A DNA stretch of 64,000 nt from Octopus sinensis (Eukaryota), in assembly GCF_006345805.1 (NCBI RefSeq), contig NC_042998.1, positions 23,374,001-23,438,000 of the forward strand, read 5' to 3'. The position numbers and the translations under genes are program-made. Below are positions 26,271-38,245 of the stretch, piece by piece (positions within the stretch are counted from its first letter, which is position 1; the number at the start of each line of letters is the position of its first letter). The notes beneath the pieces are model-generated. The model made no database searches and was not told the DNA's origin. It saw nothing but the letters and a program-made list of their open reading frames with translations.

Positions 26271-27039
26271 TATACACACACACGTTATGGATGTTATTTA
26301 TTATGAAACCTTTTGCATATGATCATCTTAGATATACAATCGAAACAGACCGATAGTAATCTTGTAGATAAATAAATCAAACGAACTTTCACTCTCTAAC
26401 AACTGGTGACTATGGAAGACAGTGAAACAGAGAGACTGGAAGAAAACGGCACCGTTATGTAATAGGAAATTCATTCGTACATAACAGAAGCTGAGCAAGC
26501 AAACGGATACACACCTACACATTAAATACGAGACATGGACAAAAATGACAGCTTCAGCATTTCCTGAGGCTACTCGAGACAAGTATATACATTCCATCAT
26601 ATAAACCATTATAGATATATTAATTATTCAGCAGATTTATCCATAAAGCATTTCTTTTGCACGTTTTATTTATCTTGCAGGTTTGTACGTGACCTCTGTG
26701 CGTTTGGTGTTTTCGTTAATTTGCCTTAATAAATATTAGCATAACAGGCCGACTGTCTAAATAGATTATTTCTGGAGACCATCGGGTTGACCAAGAGCCA
26801 AGATTCAATCTCATATTGATCCACTGTTACATCTGGCTCTAAATGTGCAACACGAAGGAAGAAATGAAGAATTGACTAATCATTCTGTCTGCAGCGTAGG
26901 TATGTGTGTGTGTGCGTGTGTCTATTGTGCTAATGAGTAAAGGTTTTTCGTGTATGTATAGAAATGACTACACACACCATATATATATATATATAAGAGA
27001 GCAAAGTGTACGTACGCCGCTATATATATATATATATAA

Positions 27040-27214
27040 AATACAAAATGGGACAAGAATGCAAAACATCCGGACAGCTAAGTTGTACAAAAAGGGACAA
27101 CAAAACATACCCGTTCATGTTTCTTTGTATCGTCTATCTAGATATTTTGTTGTCCATTTTTGTATTACCTAGCTGTCCGGATATTTTGCGGTCTTGTCCC
27201 ATTTTGTATGTTTA

Positions 27215-27267
<53 letters not shown>

Positions 27268-27490
27268 AAATGGGACAAGAACGCAACACATTCAGAAGAC
27301 GATACAAAAAAGACGGACGGGACATTCGAAGCCTTCAATCTTCAATCAAGAACCGGATCATCCTCGCAATTTCGGCTGATTAATCTTGAGATAGCTCCAA
27401 TCTGGCCAGCCCCAAGGAAAAACTAAGCTAAGAGCATTAGATTCCTTGGGAAAAAAGCTTCAAATGTATACGAAACAAGGACGGGAAAAC
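27040..27490. repeat. Inverted-repeat element in a TA microsatellite (two inverted ~68-bp arms plus a third longer arm)
   Basis: atacaaaatgggacaag... at 27040, its reverse complement ending at 27208, and again at ~27263. Confidence 0.8.
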
Positions 27491-27787
27491 GGACGATGTT
27501 ACACGAATATATATGTGTGTGTGTGTGTGTGTTTTTATCTCTGTTTGTTCGACCCACTGACTGTCATGGTACTTCCACTCTGAATTACGCAGATAATATT
27601 GACAGGTCATTTAGTTAACTGATCTATAACCCTTTCACTATCTCTTTCTATTTCATGGAAACGCAGATATGTATTTAAGTTAGGCGAAAACTGAAAAGGA
27701 ATGTACATATATTTAATATCCGTGTATACACACGTAAGCAGGTAATTCCTTAGTAATTAGCTATAAGTGTCAATATTTATCAGCGAT

Positions 27788-28180
27788 AAGGCTGCGAGCT
27801 GGCAGAATCGTTAGCACGCCGGGCGAAATGCTTAGCGGTGTTTCGTCTGACGCGACGTTCTGAGTTCAAATTCCGCCGAGGTCGACTTTACCTTTCATCC
27901 TTTCGGGGTCGATTAAATAAGTACTAGTTACGCACAGGGCTCGATATAATCGACTTAATCCGTTTGTTTGTCCTCTGTGTGTTTAGCCCCTTGTTGGTAG
28001 TAAAGAAATAGGTATTTCGTCTGCTGTTACGTTTTGAGTTTAAATTTCGCCGAGATCTACTTTACCTTTCATCTTACCGGGGTCGATAAAACAAGTACAG
28101 TTTGAGCACTGGGAACAATATAATCGACTTAATAACCCCTCTCTCGGTCTTGCTGGCCTTGTGTCAAAACTTGAAACCGA
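27788..28180 (+). mobile_element. Family C SINE dimer
   Basis: Unit junction aaagaaataGGTATTTCG at ~28010. Confidence 0.85.
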
Positions 28181-28299
28181 TATTTATCATTCGTGGGTTT
28201 CACATACGTGTACGCCCGTTGCAGGAATCGAACCGACAACTTTATGATCATGACCCGAACAACCTAACCAAAAAACAACTCACCGAGACTCACTCACTT

Positions 28300-28575
28300 T
28301 TTTTAAAGCCTGGTACTCATTCTATCTGTTTCTTTTGCCGAACCGGTAAGTTACAGGAATGTAAACACACCGACACCGGTTAGCTAGCGATACACACACA
28401 CACACACACACACACACGATGGGTTTCTTTCAGTTTCCGACTACCAAATCCACTGACTAGGCTTTGGTTGGCCCGAATCTGTGGTAGAAGACATTTGCCC
28501 AAGGTGTTATGCAGTGGGACTGAACCCAGAACCATGTGGTCGGGAAGCAAGCCTCTTACCACAGAGCTACGCCTT
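28300..28575 (-). mobile_element. Family B SINE
   Basis: Reverse complement of family B. Confidence 0.75.
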
Positions 28576-28735
28576 CGCTTTAACCACTATTTTATCAAAC
28601 TCGAATGGATAAAAGATAAAAGCTGACCATGGCAAGAATACATTATATTATCTGCGCTAAATTAATACATATGACTTGTAAGGACTTTAGCTCTTCTAAC
28701 CATCTGCATTCCTCATACCGGGTAGTAGTCAGTGT

Positions 28736-29090
28736 GGAGGCGCAATGGCCCAGTGGTTAGGGCAGCGGACTCGAGGTCATAGGATCGCGGTTTCGATTCC
28801 AAGACCGGGCGTTGTGAGTGTTTATTGAGCGAAAACACCTAAAAGGTGATCCTGCTGTACTCTTTCACCACAACTTTCTCTCACTCTTACTTCCTGTTTC
28901 TGTTGTACCTGTATTTCAAAGGGCCGGCCTTGTCACTCTCTGTGTCACGCTGAATATCCCCGAGAACTACGTTAAGGGTACACGTGTCTGTGGAGTGCTC
29001 AGCCACTTACACGTTAATTTCACGAGCAGGCTGTTCCGTTGATTCGGATCAACCGGAACCCTTGTCGTCGTAACCGACGGAGTGCTTCCC
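28736..29090 (+). mobile_element. SINE family A with 12-bp TSD
   Basis: TSD AGTAGTCAGTGT at 28724-28735 and 29091-29102. Confidence 0.92.
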
Positions 29091-30169
29091 AGTAGTCAGT
29101 GTTTCACCGTTTAATCTTTGTCTTTGAAATCCTAAGTCACTCTTGCGGAGGAATAGGTCGGAGATAGTTATAGAAAAGGTAACCACATTTGTTCGTAACG
29201 AACTTCTACAAGTGTGTGCGGATTATAGACTTAATCGGACAGGCATTATTAACAGCAAACACAGAACATAACAACCGAGTATTCTGGTTTTCGCTGTCTT
29301 TGTTATGAATTCAAAATCTACACAGTTTTTGTTCTAAGTTCAAAAGCCATCGATTACGTCTTTGTCTTTCATTCCTTCCAGGTGGTGATGATGGAGGAGG
29401 CGGGGTGGGGGCTCGATAAAACTATATACAATTTATTGTCAATATTCACCTTGCATGGCTTCCAAACTCCGTGGCCTCCAACTAATGCGTAAAATCTATT
29501 ATTATAGTTTAGATCTAGTTAGCGTATAATTTACACACAAACACACGTGTGAATGTGTATACCAAGATTATGAATAACGAGATTGAAACCTGTTAAATGA
29601 GAATCAATGAATGAACATCAAGTTTTAATTATTTACTCTAGATGGAATTAATCGAACAGGTTCCATCTATTAATTCTGTTGTACTAATCCAGAATTCACT
29701 TGGATGCTTATTATCATTTTATTACTACGGTTAACAAAAATCCGACTGTTTTTCTTTACATCCTAACCACAATGCGTTTATTAATAGTTTAATGTATAAA
29801 AAGACATCAAAATTAAATTACACTTAGGACATACTTGAAACTAAGAAACAATCTGACAACCCTAATACCTTCCAGTAACATGTTTGTTCTCGTACATGCA
29901 TTCAATTGTTTAATTAGCAAATGAATCAACTGAAAGCAGCCATAAAAAAACCGATAGATTCAATGTATTGTTTTCATTAGCTGCCACGTCATGGATGGAA
30001 ACTCGCAGCCATGCAGGACCAGAGTGAATTTATATTTAATACATTATGATTAAAATTCCTTTCCAATGTTGTATTAACCGTAAACTTAAAAAAAAGATAA
30101 ACCGATTCAATCAATGTAGACATTCATAACCTTAATAGAAAGTCCGCTATCCACCAAACTATCGTTTCA

Positions 30170-30306
30170 CCTCTCCTACCCTGATGCAATCTCCAGGGAT
30201 ACAGGCATCCAGCAACAGGACCTCCGTAATGCTATGATGGACCGTGAGGTCTGGCGTGGCACGGTGAATTCCATTGTCTCGACCGCGTCGAACAATGATG
30301 ATGATT
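30170..30306 (+). mobile_element. LINE ORF2 3'-terminal fragment (RTE-like)
   Basis: YPDAISRDTGIQQQDLRNAMMDREVWRGTVNSIVST followed by (GAT)n; the DRxxWR motif is typical of RTE C-termini. Confidence 0.6.
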
Positions 30307-31033
30307 GTCTTTAAAATCACCTGAAGTACCTTTCAAAATTAACTGGAATTATTCTACCATATGCTGAGCCAGTTTGTCTTAAAAAAATGCACTGGGCTTC
30401 ACAAGTGTTCCCCCGCTGATTTCCAAACATATACTTTAAAACGATGTTCGGGCGACTAGAATAAGTGCTACTGATAATTTTGTATTACACGTGAATGATT
30501 AGCAAAAATGATTAATAAACGAGATAAGCAATACATTTATATAGTTTTCTATATTTCTAACTTTAAATAGCTTTTTTTTTTAATCAAAATTTTCCACGTG
30601 ATATACGCTAGTGATAAACTTTTTACTTTCAATACGAAGAGCACCAGTAATATTTTTGCCACAAAGTTTTTTAAAAAAATGTTTGAGAACCGCTGTGCAA
30701 AGGTATATGTGTTAATAACAAACCTTGTCTCTTCTGCACATTGGAATATTCGAAATCATTTTCTCCCAACTCTAATTACTGTATATGCCACTCTGAATGT
30801 GTTTCTTTATATATTTTAGTTTATTGAAGACACAAGACATCAACAAATCTAAAATATTTTAAACCCATTACTTTTTCACAAGAGTAATTTCTTCTGATAT
30901 GCACATCCAAAGAACTCTCGAACTTACTTCTAAATGTTCTACACATTTGAACTTCTGCTCCTTTCACTCTCACTTTATATGGAAGTAAAAAAAACAACTT
31001 AACCACAACACACGCGCGCGCACACACACACAT

Positions 31034-31206
31034 AAACATCCCTTACAGCTGTTTCAATTCCAGACCTTCAGGAAATTAATTAATTATTTGAAAGTCAAAT
31101 GTCTTCAGAGGTAGATGAAGATATACAACATGGGTGTTCAATTCTTGCATGTTGAGTAAACGGCTGCAAATTGTTAACGGAATTGAAACAACTGTAAGGG
31201 ATGTTT
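31034..31206. repeat. Inverted repeat (28-bp arms) built from two outward-facing hammerhead 3' halves
   Basis: aaacatcccttacagctgtttcaattcc ... ggaattgaaacaactgtaagggatgttt; GAA-ACAG/CTGT-A on the minus strand. Confidence 0.7.
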
Positions 31207-31433
31207 GTCAATTCTTTAATTAATAAATAATAATTTATTAATTACCTCTCTATTTTCTCATCTTATTCTTATAATAAATAATATATATATAAACCACGGT
31301 TTATATAGTTACCTTGCAGTTGAGTATTAAATGTAATGTTCAATATTCTTTGTATAGGAAACTAACCAGTACTTTCATAGGATCCTGCTATCCCTGAATG
31401 AACTTTGTAGCCTTTAATTGTGCTTATATGTAA

Positions 31434-31466
<33 letters not shown>

Positions 31467-32616
31467 ATATATATATATCTATATATATATATATATATAA
31501 GTACAGCTGAACTTAGCACATTACATAATATAGTAATCTTTTTTATTAATGAAAAATTTATATATATTCTGGAAAAAATTCAAAATAGTTTGTAGGTTTT
31601 AAATGCAGTTATTCTAATATATTTAACGCCAAAACGGTTGATTATAATCTACGTATCATGCTGAACGTATATATATATCGTTAAAGGGCTAAAACGTACC
31701 TACACTGTAGCTAATTTTAATTTAAGGCTGCTTTAATTGCATACACCAATTTTTCTTAAGCATTAGAATCCTAACTTCGGAGAGAGCGGTTACGTGTACA
31801 ATACGAAAACCTTGACATACTTTCTACAGTACTTTCAAAAGGCTAAAGAATTTTGCAGGAAATTAACTACATCAGCATATTCATCCGATTAAAGAAGAAA
31901 AAAAATTGAAGAAAACTTGACTTGACTTGTGTGCGTGTATGCTTGCTTACGCGTATATACACACGCATTTAATATCTTAATGTCAACACATCGTATAAAA
32001 CATTTTATGGGGAAAAAAAAAGAAGCAAACCAACGTATAACATACATATCAGCATATATAGACAAATAAAATAAAATAATGAATAAAGTACGAGTAAAAT
32101 ATATACCAGACATAATCTAATCATAAACAGATAGGCGTATAAACTTAATGCATGTAGTCAAGAATAGAATTTTTGCTGAGGGAGGAAGGAAAGCCGTTCT
32201 TTGACAATGTTTATATTTCTTCCAACTTGCTTACTGGTTTATTTTTAAATTCGGCACACAAGGAACTCGCAACACAAGGAACTAAAGAGGGGGGTTTCTA
32301 CGTGGTCGTTCCACTTGCTAGAAATAACAACCAGATAGCTCTCGAATCGTATCACCCCCGACAAAAATAGGGCCAATAGGCTAATGTGGTCCTGCTTTCC
32401 CTGCACACAAGTAAGAGATGTGAGGATCCTGGCTGGAATGCCTTTCATCAAAGGGCTGCTCGAATAGCAGGCATAACAAGAATAGGTGTAAACGAACCGC
32501 CGAATGGTTGTCAATACAGTCGCTCGACCTGCAAGAAAGAGTAACCAAATTTCATACGCCCTCTATTCTTTGGCACTAAACTCCAAAGAACAGAGCATGT
32601 ATATAGAATATACGGT

Positions 32617-33110
32617 TTCCTTAAACCTAATGACGATCTCCTATCCATAGCAGTTGGGTGCATTCTGAGGCACCTAGACTCAAAAGTGTGTCAGACATCG
32701 GCCTCTCACGGCCTTCATATGCACTCCAGTTGAGGCCCCAGGATAGAAAAAAGCAAAACGGCTTTAACTCAATCAGAAGAGATATCATTCTCATTCAGTG
32801 AAAGAGACGGTTTTACCGCTTTGTTCAACAGGTTTATCAGAGTCTTCTTATTCTTCGCGAACAATGCATTCTTTCTGCCTCGGGAGATGTTCAACAGGGC
32901 GACCCATTTGGTCCTGCACTATTTGCACTAAATACTGATGACGTAGCTAGGGTTGAGTTTGATTTGTATTTGACCGTCTGGTATCTTGACGCTTGCTTCG
33001 GAGCCCCCTTCTCAGATAGAGTCCTTGATCCAGTGAAGTTAATGTCTGAGAAACTTAGTCATAAGTCATAGGAATCTTGATGTAAATACCAGTAATTCCA
33101 GATGTGGAAT
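32617..33110 (+). pseudogene. Decayed reverse transcriptase of a CRE-clade non-LTR retrotransposon
   Basis: Across stops and frameshifts: FLKPNDDLLSIAVGCILRHLDSKV, NGFNSIRRDIIL, YRFVQQVY, ILSASGDVQQGDPFGPALFAL, VWYLD. These match the RPIAVG..LRRL..K, NAFNS, GVQQGDPLGP and WYLDD motifs of CRE-like RTs. Confidence 0.8.
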
Positions 33111-33629
33111 TTGGAGCTATTCATCTTCGTTACGTCACATTATAGTAGATCTATTCACCGAATTCTTCCTCTCCATCAAGGTCCCCATCCCGTTATCGGC
33201 ATGGGGAAAGACCATGATAACACTTAGAGTTTCGATTTCTGAACTTGCTACCGAACCTACCTTTCCGTCTAAAATGTTTAAAGTTCTAAAATATTACCCG
33301 CAAATACTGACGTAATTGGGCCCCACAAACGTGGGATTTTTTTCAGGAATTCTTTATCCTTCCCTAAGTTAATCTATTATTTTTTAGTGCGAGTTCCTTG
33401 TTCAGATTATTGCATTCACTGCAATCCATTGACAATCTAATTCGTGATGAACAGGACAGAATGGTCAATGTTAAGCTCGTTTGGGTATCGCTTATTTAGG
33501 AATCGTAGCCCGAACGATTCGCGGAGCCTGGGTCTATGTAAAGGTTTCTATTTCTATTCCTCTCTTCATTCATGAATTACCATGTTGACTGAATGCAGGT
33601 CACATTCGTCGCCACAACGAGGTAAACCT

Positions 33630-33900
33630 AATCATAAAAGACCCTCAACTCTGGAGCCAGCAGAATGGTTTTGGGGTGATAGAAAGAGGTCCGTTGTGCG
33701 TGTGTGTGTGTGCATGAGTTGCATGTCTATGTTTGTTTCCCACCAGCGTAAGTTTGTTTATGGGCCCCGTAACTTCACTGTTCGGCAAAAAGACACGGAC
33801 AGAGTAAGTATCAAACTCAAAAATAAAAGCACGAGTCTGTTTGACTGAACCCTTTAAGGTGGTGTCCTGGCATAGCCACAGTGCAATGACTGAAACAAGA
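33630..33900 (+). mobile_element. Family B SINE, partial
   Basis: ccccgtaacttcactgttcggcaaaa...gactgaaacaag. Confidence 0.6.
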
Positions 33901-33949
33901 ACACACACACACAAACGTTCAACAGTTATGATGACAAATATATATTTCT

Positions 33950-34085
33950 TTATTGCCTACAAGGGGCTAAACATAGAGGGGACAAATAAGGACAGACAAA
34001 GGGATTAAGTCGATTACATCGACCCCAGTGCGAAACTGGTACTTTATCGACCCCGAAGGGATGAAAGGCAAAGTCGACCTCGGAA
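33950..34085 (-). mobile_element. Family C SINE 3' fragment
   Basis: Reverse complement of the family C body and long tail. Confidence 0.75.
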
Positions 34086-36076
34086 GTATGATGACAAATA
34101 TATCTCAAGTCTGGATATAGCGATGAACTAAGATGGGAGAGATCATTTTTTTTAAATGTCTGCTCGTACGTAACCAGAGAGATAAAGATTTGATTCATTT
34201 TTATCATCAAATCTCTATCAAAATCGTATTCAAAGGCCAAGTGTTATATTAGTCATATTATAATTTTCACATTAAAAAAAAAAAAGTTACTGAGAAGTAG
34301 CTTTCCAATACAAAAACAAAATGATGACACGCGAGTCCAAGAATTGGACTTGAGGTCAAGAATTTTGAAAGTTCTACTTTCCATTGCAAACAAACACAGC
34401 AGATTAAATCTGAATTGCGTTTATATTTTAAACGATTTGTACATAACAGTAGCTGTGATTTATATAAACGCTGTATCGTTTTCTGTTTATATTTACAATG
34501 ACAATATGTGTCACACATGCTGGTTCTGTGTGCTATTCTATTTTTGACACGCCTATCGTAACAACACAGCAGTATAAAACAAAAAGCTTCACTCTGAAGT
34601 CAGTACGAAATTTAATAGCGAAGTTTGCCCAAGACATTTTCATTGCCGTTTGGCCCCAGATCAAAAGCATTCCATAGGTACCTAAGACTACACGATCTAA
34701 TGTGTCTATTTAAGACAGTGGCGGGGGGTGATTTAAGGAAGGTTTATATATTTTTAACAGGCCAAGTGACCCCCGCACAGCTCCCTTGATAGCTTGCAAA
34801 TGTTTTTGTTTGAATATATATATACATCACTGAAATGAGGGTTTTAACTCCTCTTTCTAGCAGGTAGGCCTCTAATGCTCCTTATAATTGACACATACAT
34901 ATGTATTGTGTGCGTGTGTTATGTATATCTGCTCTTCATCCTTTTGAAAAACTCTTTGAACACAAAAACATTCTACAATAGGAATTTAAATAGATGAGTG
35001 AGTTATTACATGCATATGTTCACAGTTCCACTCACGTAATTTCCGAAATATTTGAGATGGTATTTTTTCTTCGACTTAAACTCCTCAGATTTTCAAAATT
35101 TTATTTAAAGAATTCAGTATCGTAACACGATATGCCAACGATTACTGAGATTAAGACGACACGTGTGGTCGAGTATACCAGGAAGCCTCAGCGTAATTCA
35201 CTCGACCGGCTAGAAATAGCAGCCAAACATTTCATTCAAACCACACCTGGTAAATTTAAATAAAGAAATACTCCAACAGATAATGCGGTCCGATATATAC
35301 CAAAAGGTATGATGGTCATTATTGGAACGCTTTTGATCACAAGTCTACTTGGTTGGATCTGACTAGATGCTTAAACATAGTGCCCCCATTATCTTCAATC
35401 ACCCTAAAAAATTACATATCAGAAAGTATAAAGAAAAGATCTGCACGAATAAACAACGTTTTTTTCAAATTAGTGAATTAAGAAATAGAACGAATAAATA
35501 CACACAGGAAAATATATTTAAATATTTAATAAATTGATCAATCATAAGGTAACAAAAATATTGGCTGGATCTTAGAAATAAAAACTAAGAAAATTTTGTA
35601 AAGGAAACTCTGCTTGTATACGAATTTTCCTATATCAGTTTCTCGAAGATAATTTAATTTATACCTAGGCATGTTTAATGTAAAATCTCTTCTTTTGTAG
35701 TTTGATCTCAAGTCAGCCCTTATCCAGCAGACATACAAAGGCAATCTAACCGTGACCATCTGGTATTTTTAATGTACCAACAATGTAATCTTTCTGTGTC
35801 ATCTTTTTTTTTTATTCAAGTCGTGAGTTATCTAAAGGGGATTTGGTTGCTATTTCTAGCAGACTAAGGGACTACGTAGAACCTTTCTTCGTTGGTTCCG
35901 GTCGGTTTTCACGGCTGACCGGGTGACCCATATGTGTATAAACGAATGATCTTGAAGAAGGGTTAATGAACAGATAATATTTTCAGTGTTTTTAAATTGT
36001 ACTGTTATATCTACCTATATCTTTGTGTGTGTGTGTGTGTGTGTAGTTAATAACAGTTTGATTGCTCCACGTCTCC

Positions 36077-36190
36077 TAAAGTTTCGTGGGCGTAGGACAC
36101 ACGTTCATCTCATCAGATGTTTGGAGGCCTCTCCAAACATCTGATGGATGTGGACGTGTCCTACGCCCACGAAACTTTAAGTAAACGTTA
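36077..36190. ncRNA. Fold-back pair of hammerhead-like motifs
   Basis: 50-bp arms with a 4-nt loop. The minus arm has intact CTGATGA...GAAAC. The plus arm reads aacat-CTGATGgat-GTGGACGT(gtcct)ACGCCCAC-GAA-ACTT t AAGT-A. Confidence 0.6.
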
Positions 36191-36281
36191 TAAATATATA
36201 CATGTAACTCCAACCGAACATGTTGAGCGGTTTCTTCAGTTTGTTCGTTCACTCGCGCGTGTACATGTGTTTGTATGAGTG

Positions 36282-36338
<57 letters not shown>

Positions 36339-36339
36339 G

Positions 36340-36572
36340 GAGTAACACATAAATGTGAAACAAGGTGGAAAAAAGAGTACTAAAATACCAGTGGTAGAGT
36401 AATATGCTTTATTTAAAGCAGCAGAAAATTCAACAAAACCTGTTCACGTTGCCGTTCGTCGGACAGTTTTTGCTAGAATAACCCGGTTATTTCTAGCAAA
36501 ATCTGTCCGACGAACGGCCACGTGAAACTCAGAGCAACAGGTTTTGTTGAATTTTCTGCTGCTTTAAATAAA

Positions 36573-36573
<1 letters not shown>
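36340..36573. ncRNA. Fold-back element with hammerhead-like motifs in a TA microsatellite
   Basis: Arms 36407-36478 and 36490-36573. The plus motif at 36503-36540 reads CTGT-CcGACGA-ACG(gcca)CGT-GAA-ACTC a GAGc-A-ACAG. Confidence 0.65.
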
Positions 36574-36610
<37 letters not shown>

Positions 36611-36625
36611 CACAAACACATACGC

Positions 36626-36671
<46 letters not shown>

Positions 36672-36741
36672 CTTGACCGACCAGTCCGTCGGGCGTCAAT
36701 TTGACACCGCTGGTCACAGCACGCTGTCCACTCCTAAGGTA

Positions 36742-36778
<37 letters not shown>

Positions 36779-38245
36779 CAGAGAGAGAGAAAGAGATAAT
36801 AATACACACACACACACACACAAATAGTTTAAATTATTGTAGTAAAGACATTACTTTCTGTTAGTTACTGCTCTGAGTTATTTTTTAAACTCAGTAGTAC
36901 CAGAGTAATCTCAGGTATATTAAAGCAACAACAAACAAACAAACAAAAAATGAAGAAAAAATTAGATAAAATAAAAGCTGTTCATCCAATGTGCACATCC
37001 TTTTTTTGAGGCGGTAGGATGTGATTTTAAGTTCAGATGACTGCTATTTCTAGCAGATCCAGTGACCACGTTGTTATTTCTTCGTTGACACATTGCATGT
37101 ATGCATGCATCACACTGCATTTTTTGTTTATACATGTCATCCAAAGAGAAGTTTCCCAGAGCAATGTTTACATATGTTTGTTAAATGTTCAGTGGCGTCT
37201 GTAAATTTTTGAATGAATGAAAGAGAAAACTAAATGTTGTCAGCCCTGATTTAGCAGACCAATGAACACAGACATTTCACAAATCTATATGTATATCTAG
37301 GACTACATTTTCCAATGTGTCCTACATTTTTTAAGCCGATAAGGCGTAGTTTGAGGGAATTTGGCTGCTATTTCGAGCAGATCGACTGTAACGGTAGACT
37401 CATTTAGAGCAGGCAAAATACCTGCGGTATTGGCCCTTTACCTTCTGAGCCCAACCCCCAGCGAAATCAGCTTTGCTTTTCACCCTTCCACGTTGGACAA
37501 AATAACGTTTAATTCAAGTACTGAGGGCTGTTTGTTATTCGTATAAAATGGTTCTGAACCACTTTTGTCTATGGACCTCTTCGATTCTTATTTTTCTCTA
37601 CTGGACCCCGCAAAGCCATTTGCTGTGTGTGTTGTAGAAATATAAATTGCATATAAATTTTAACAAAATCTTATATGGACCCCTAAGGGCCATATAGGAC
37701 TCCCAACTGAGAACCAATGATATAAAGCATCCAAGGACCACGCAGAGGCTCGTTCATTAACCCGGTTATTATTTTCTGTGTAGTGGTAATGGAGTTAGAG
37801 GCCCATCCATAGATTAAGGGTAACGAAAGTGGTTTTCAAAATTAACTCTCGGTTACTGTAAATTGGATATTGAATAACAAGAGATCACGGTTCAAAGTTA
37901 CAAGTTTAACAAAGCAAAAAGTTACAACTAAAACGACAAAGGAAAGATGAGAGTGGAGAAGAGAGTGAGTGAGAGTAGCAGCCTGAGTGGAAGAATTGCG
38001 TAAGTAAGCAGAAATATGTATATTATACAAACACGTGTTTATAGAAGAAAAATAAATGTATCAGAGGACCCATCAATTTATACAGTCTCCCATTCATCTG
38101 CATATTCGTTTATCCATCCATTCATTCATTCACGCGTTCGTTGTTTCTTTTTATTTACCTATTTTCATCGTCGTGCTTACTGAAAGGTAAAGAAAGAAAA
38201 AATATACAAAAACAAAGAAAGAAAACGTTAAGAAACTGCACTTAC

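Noticed and set aside
27263-27480. Hammerhead in the three-armed element (GGCTG/CAGCC followed by GAAA)
   Set aside because: There is no CTGANGA-like core upstream and no helix III or cleavage triplet.
38151-38245. Hydrophobic C-terminal extension of the 196-aa ORF
   Set aside because: It reads through a canonical GTAAGT donor into T-rich intron sequence, and ZIP13 similarity stops at the donor.
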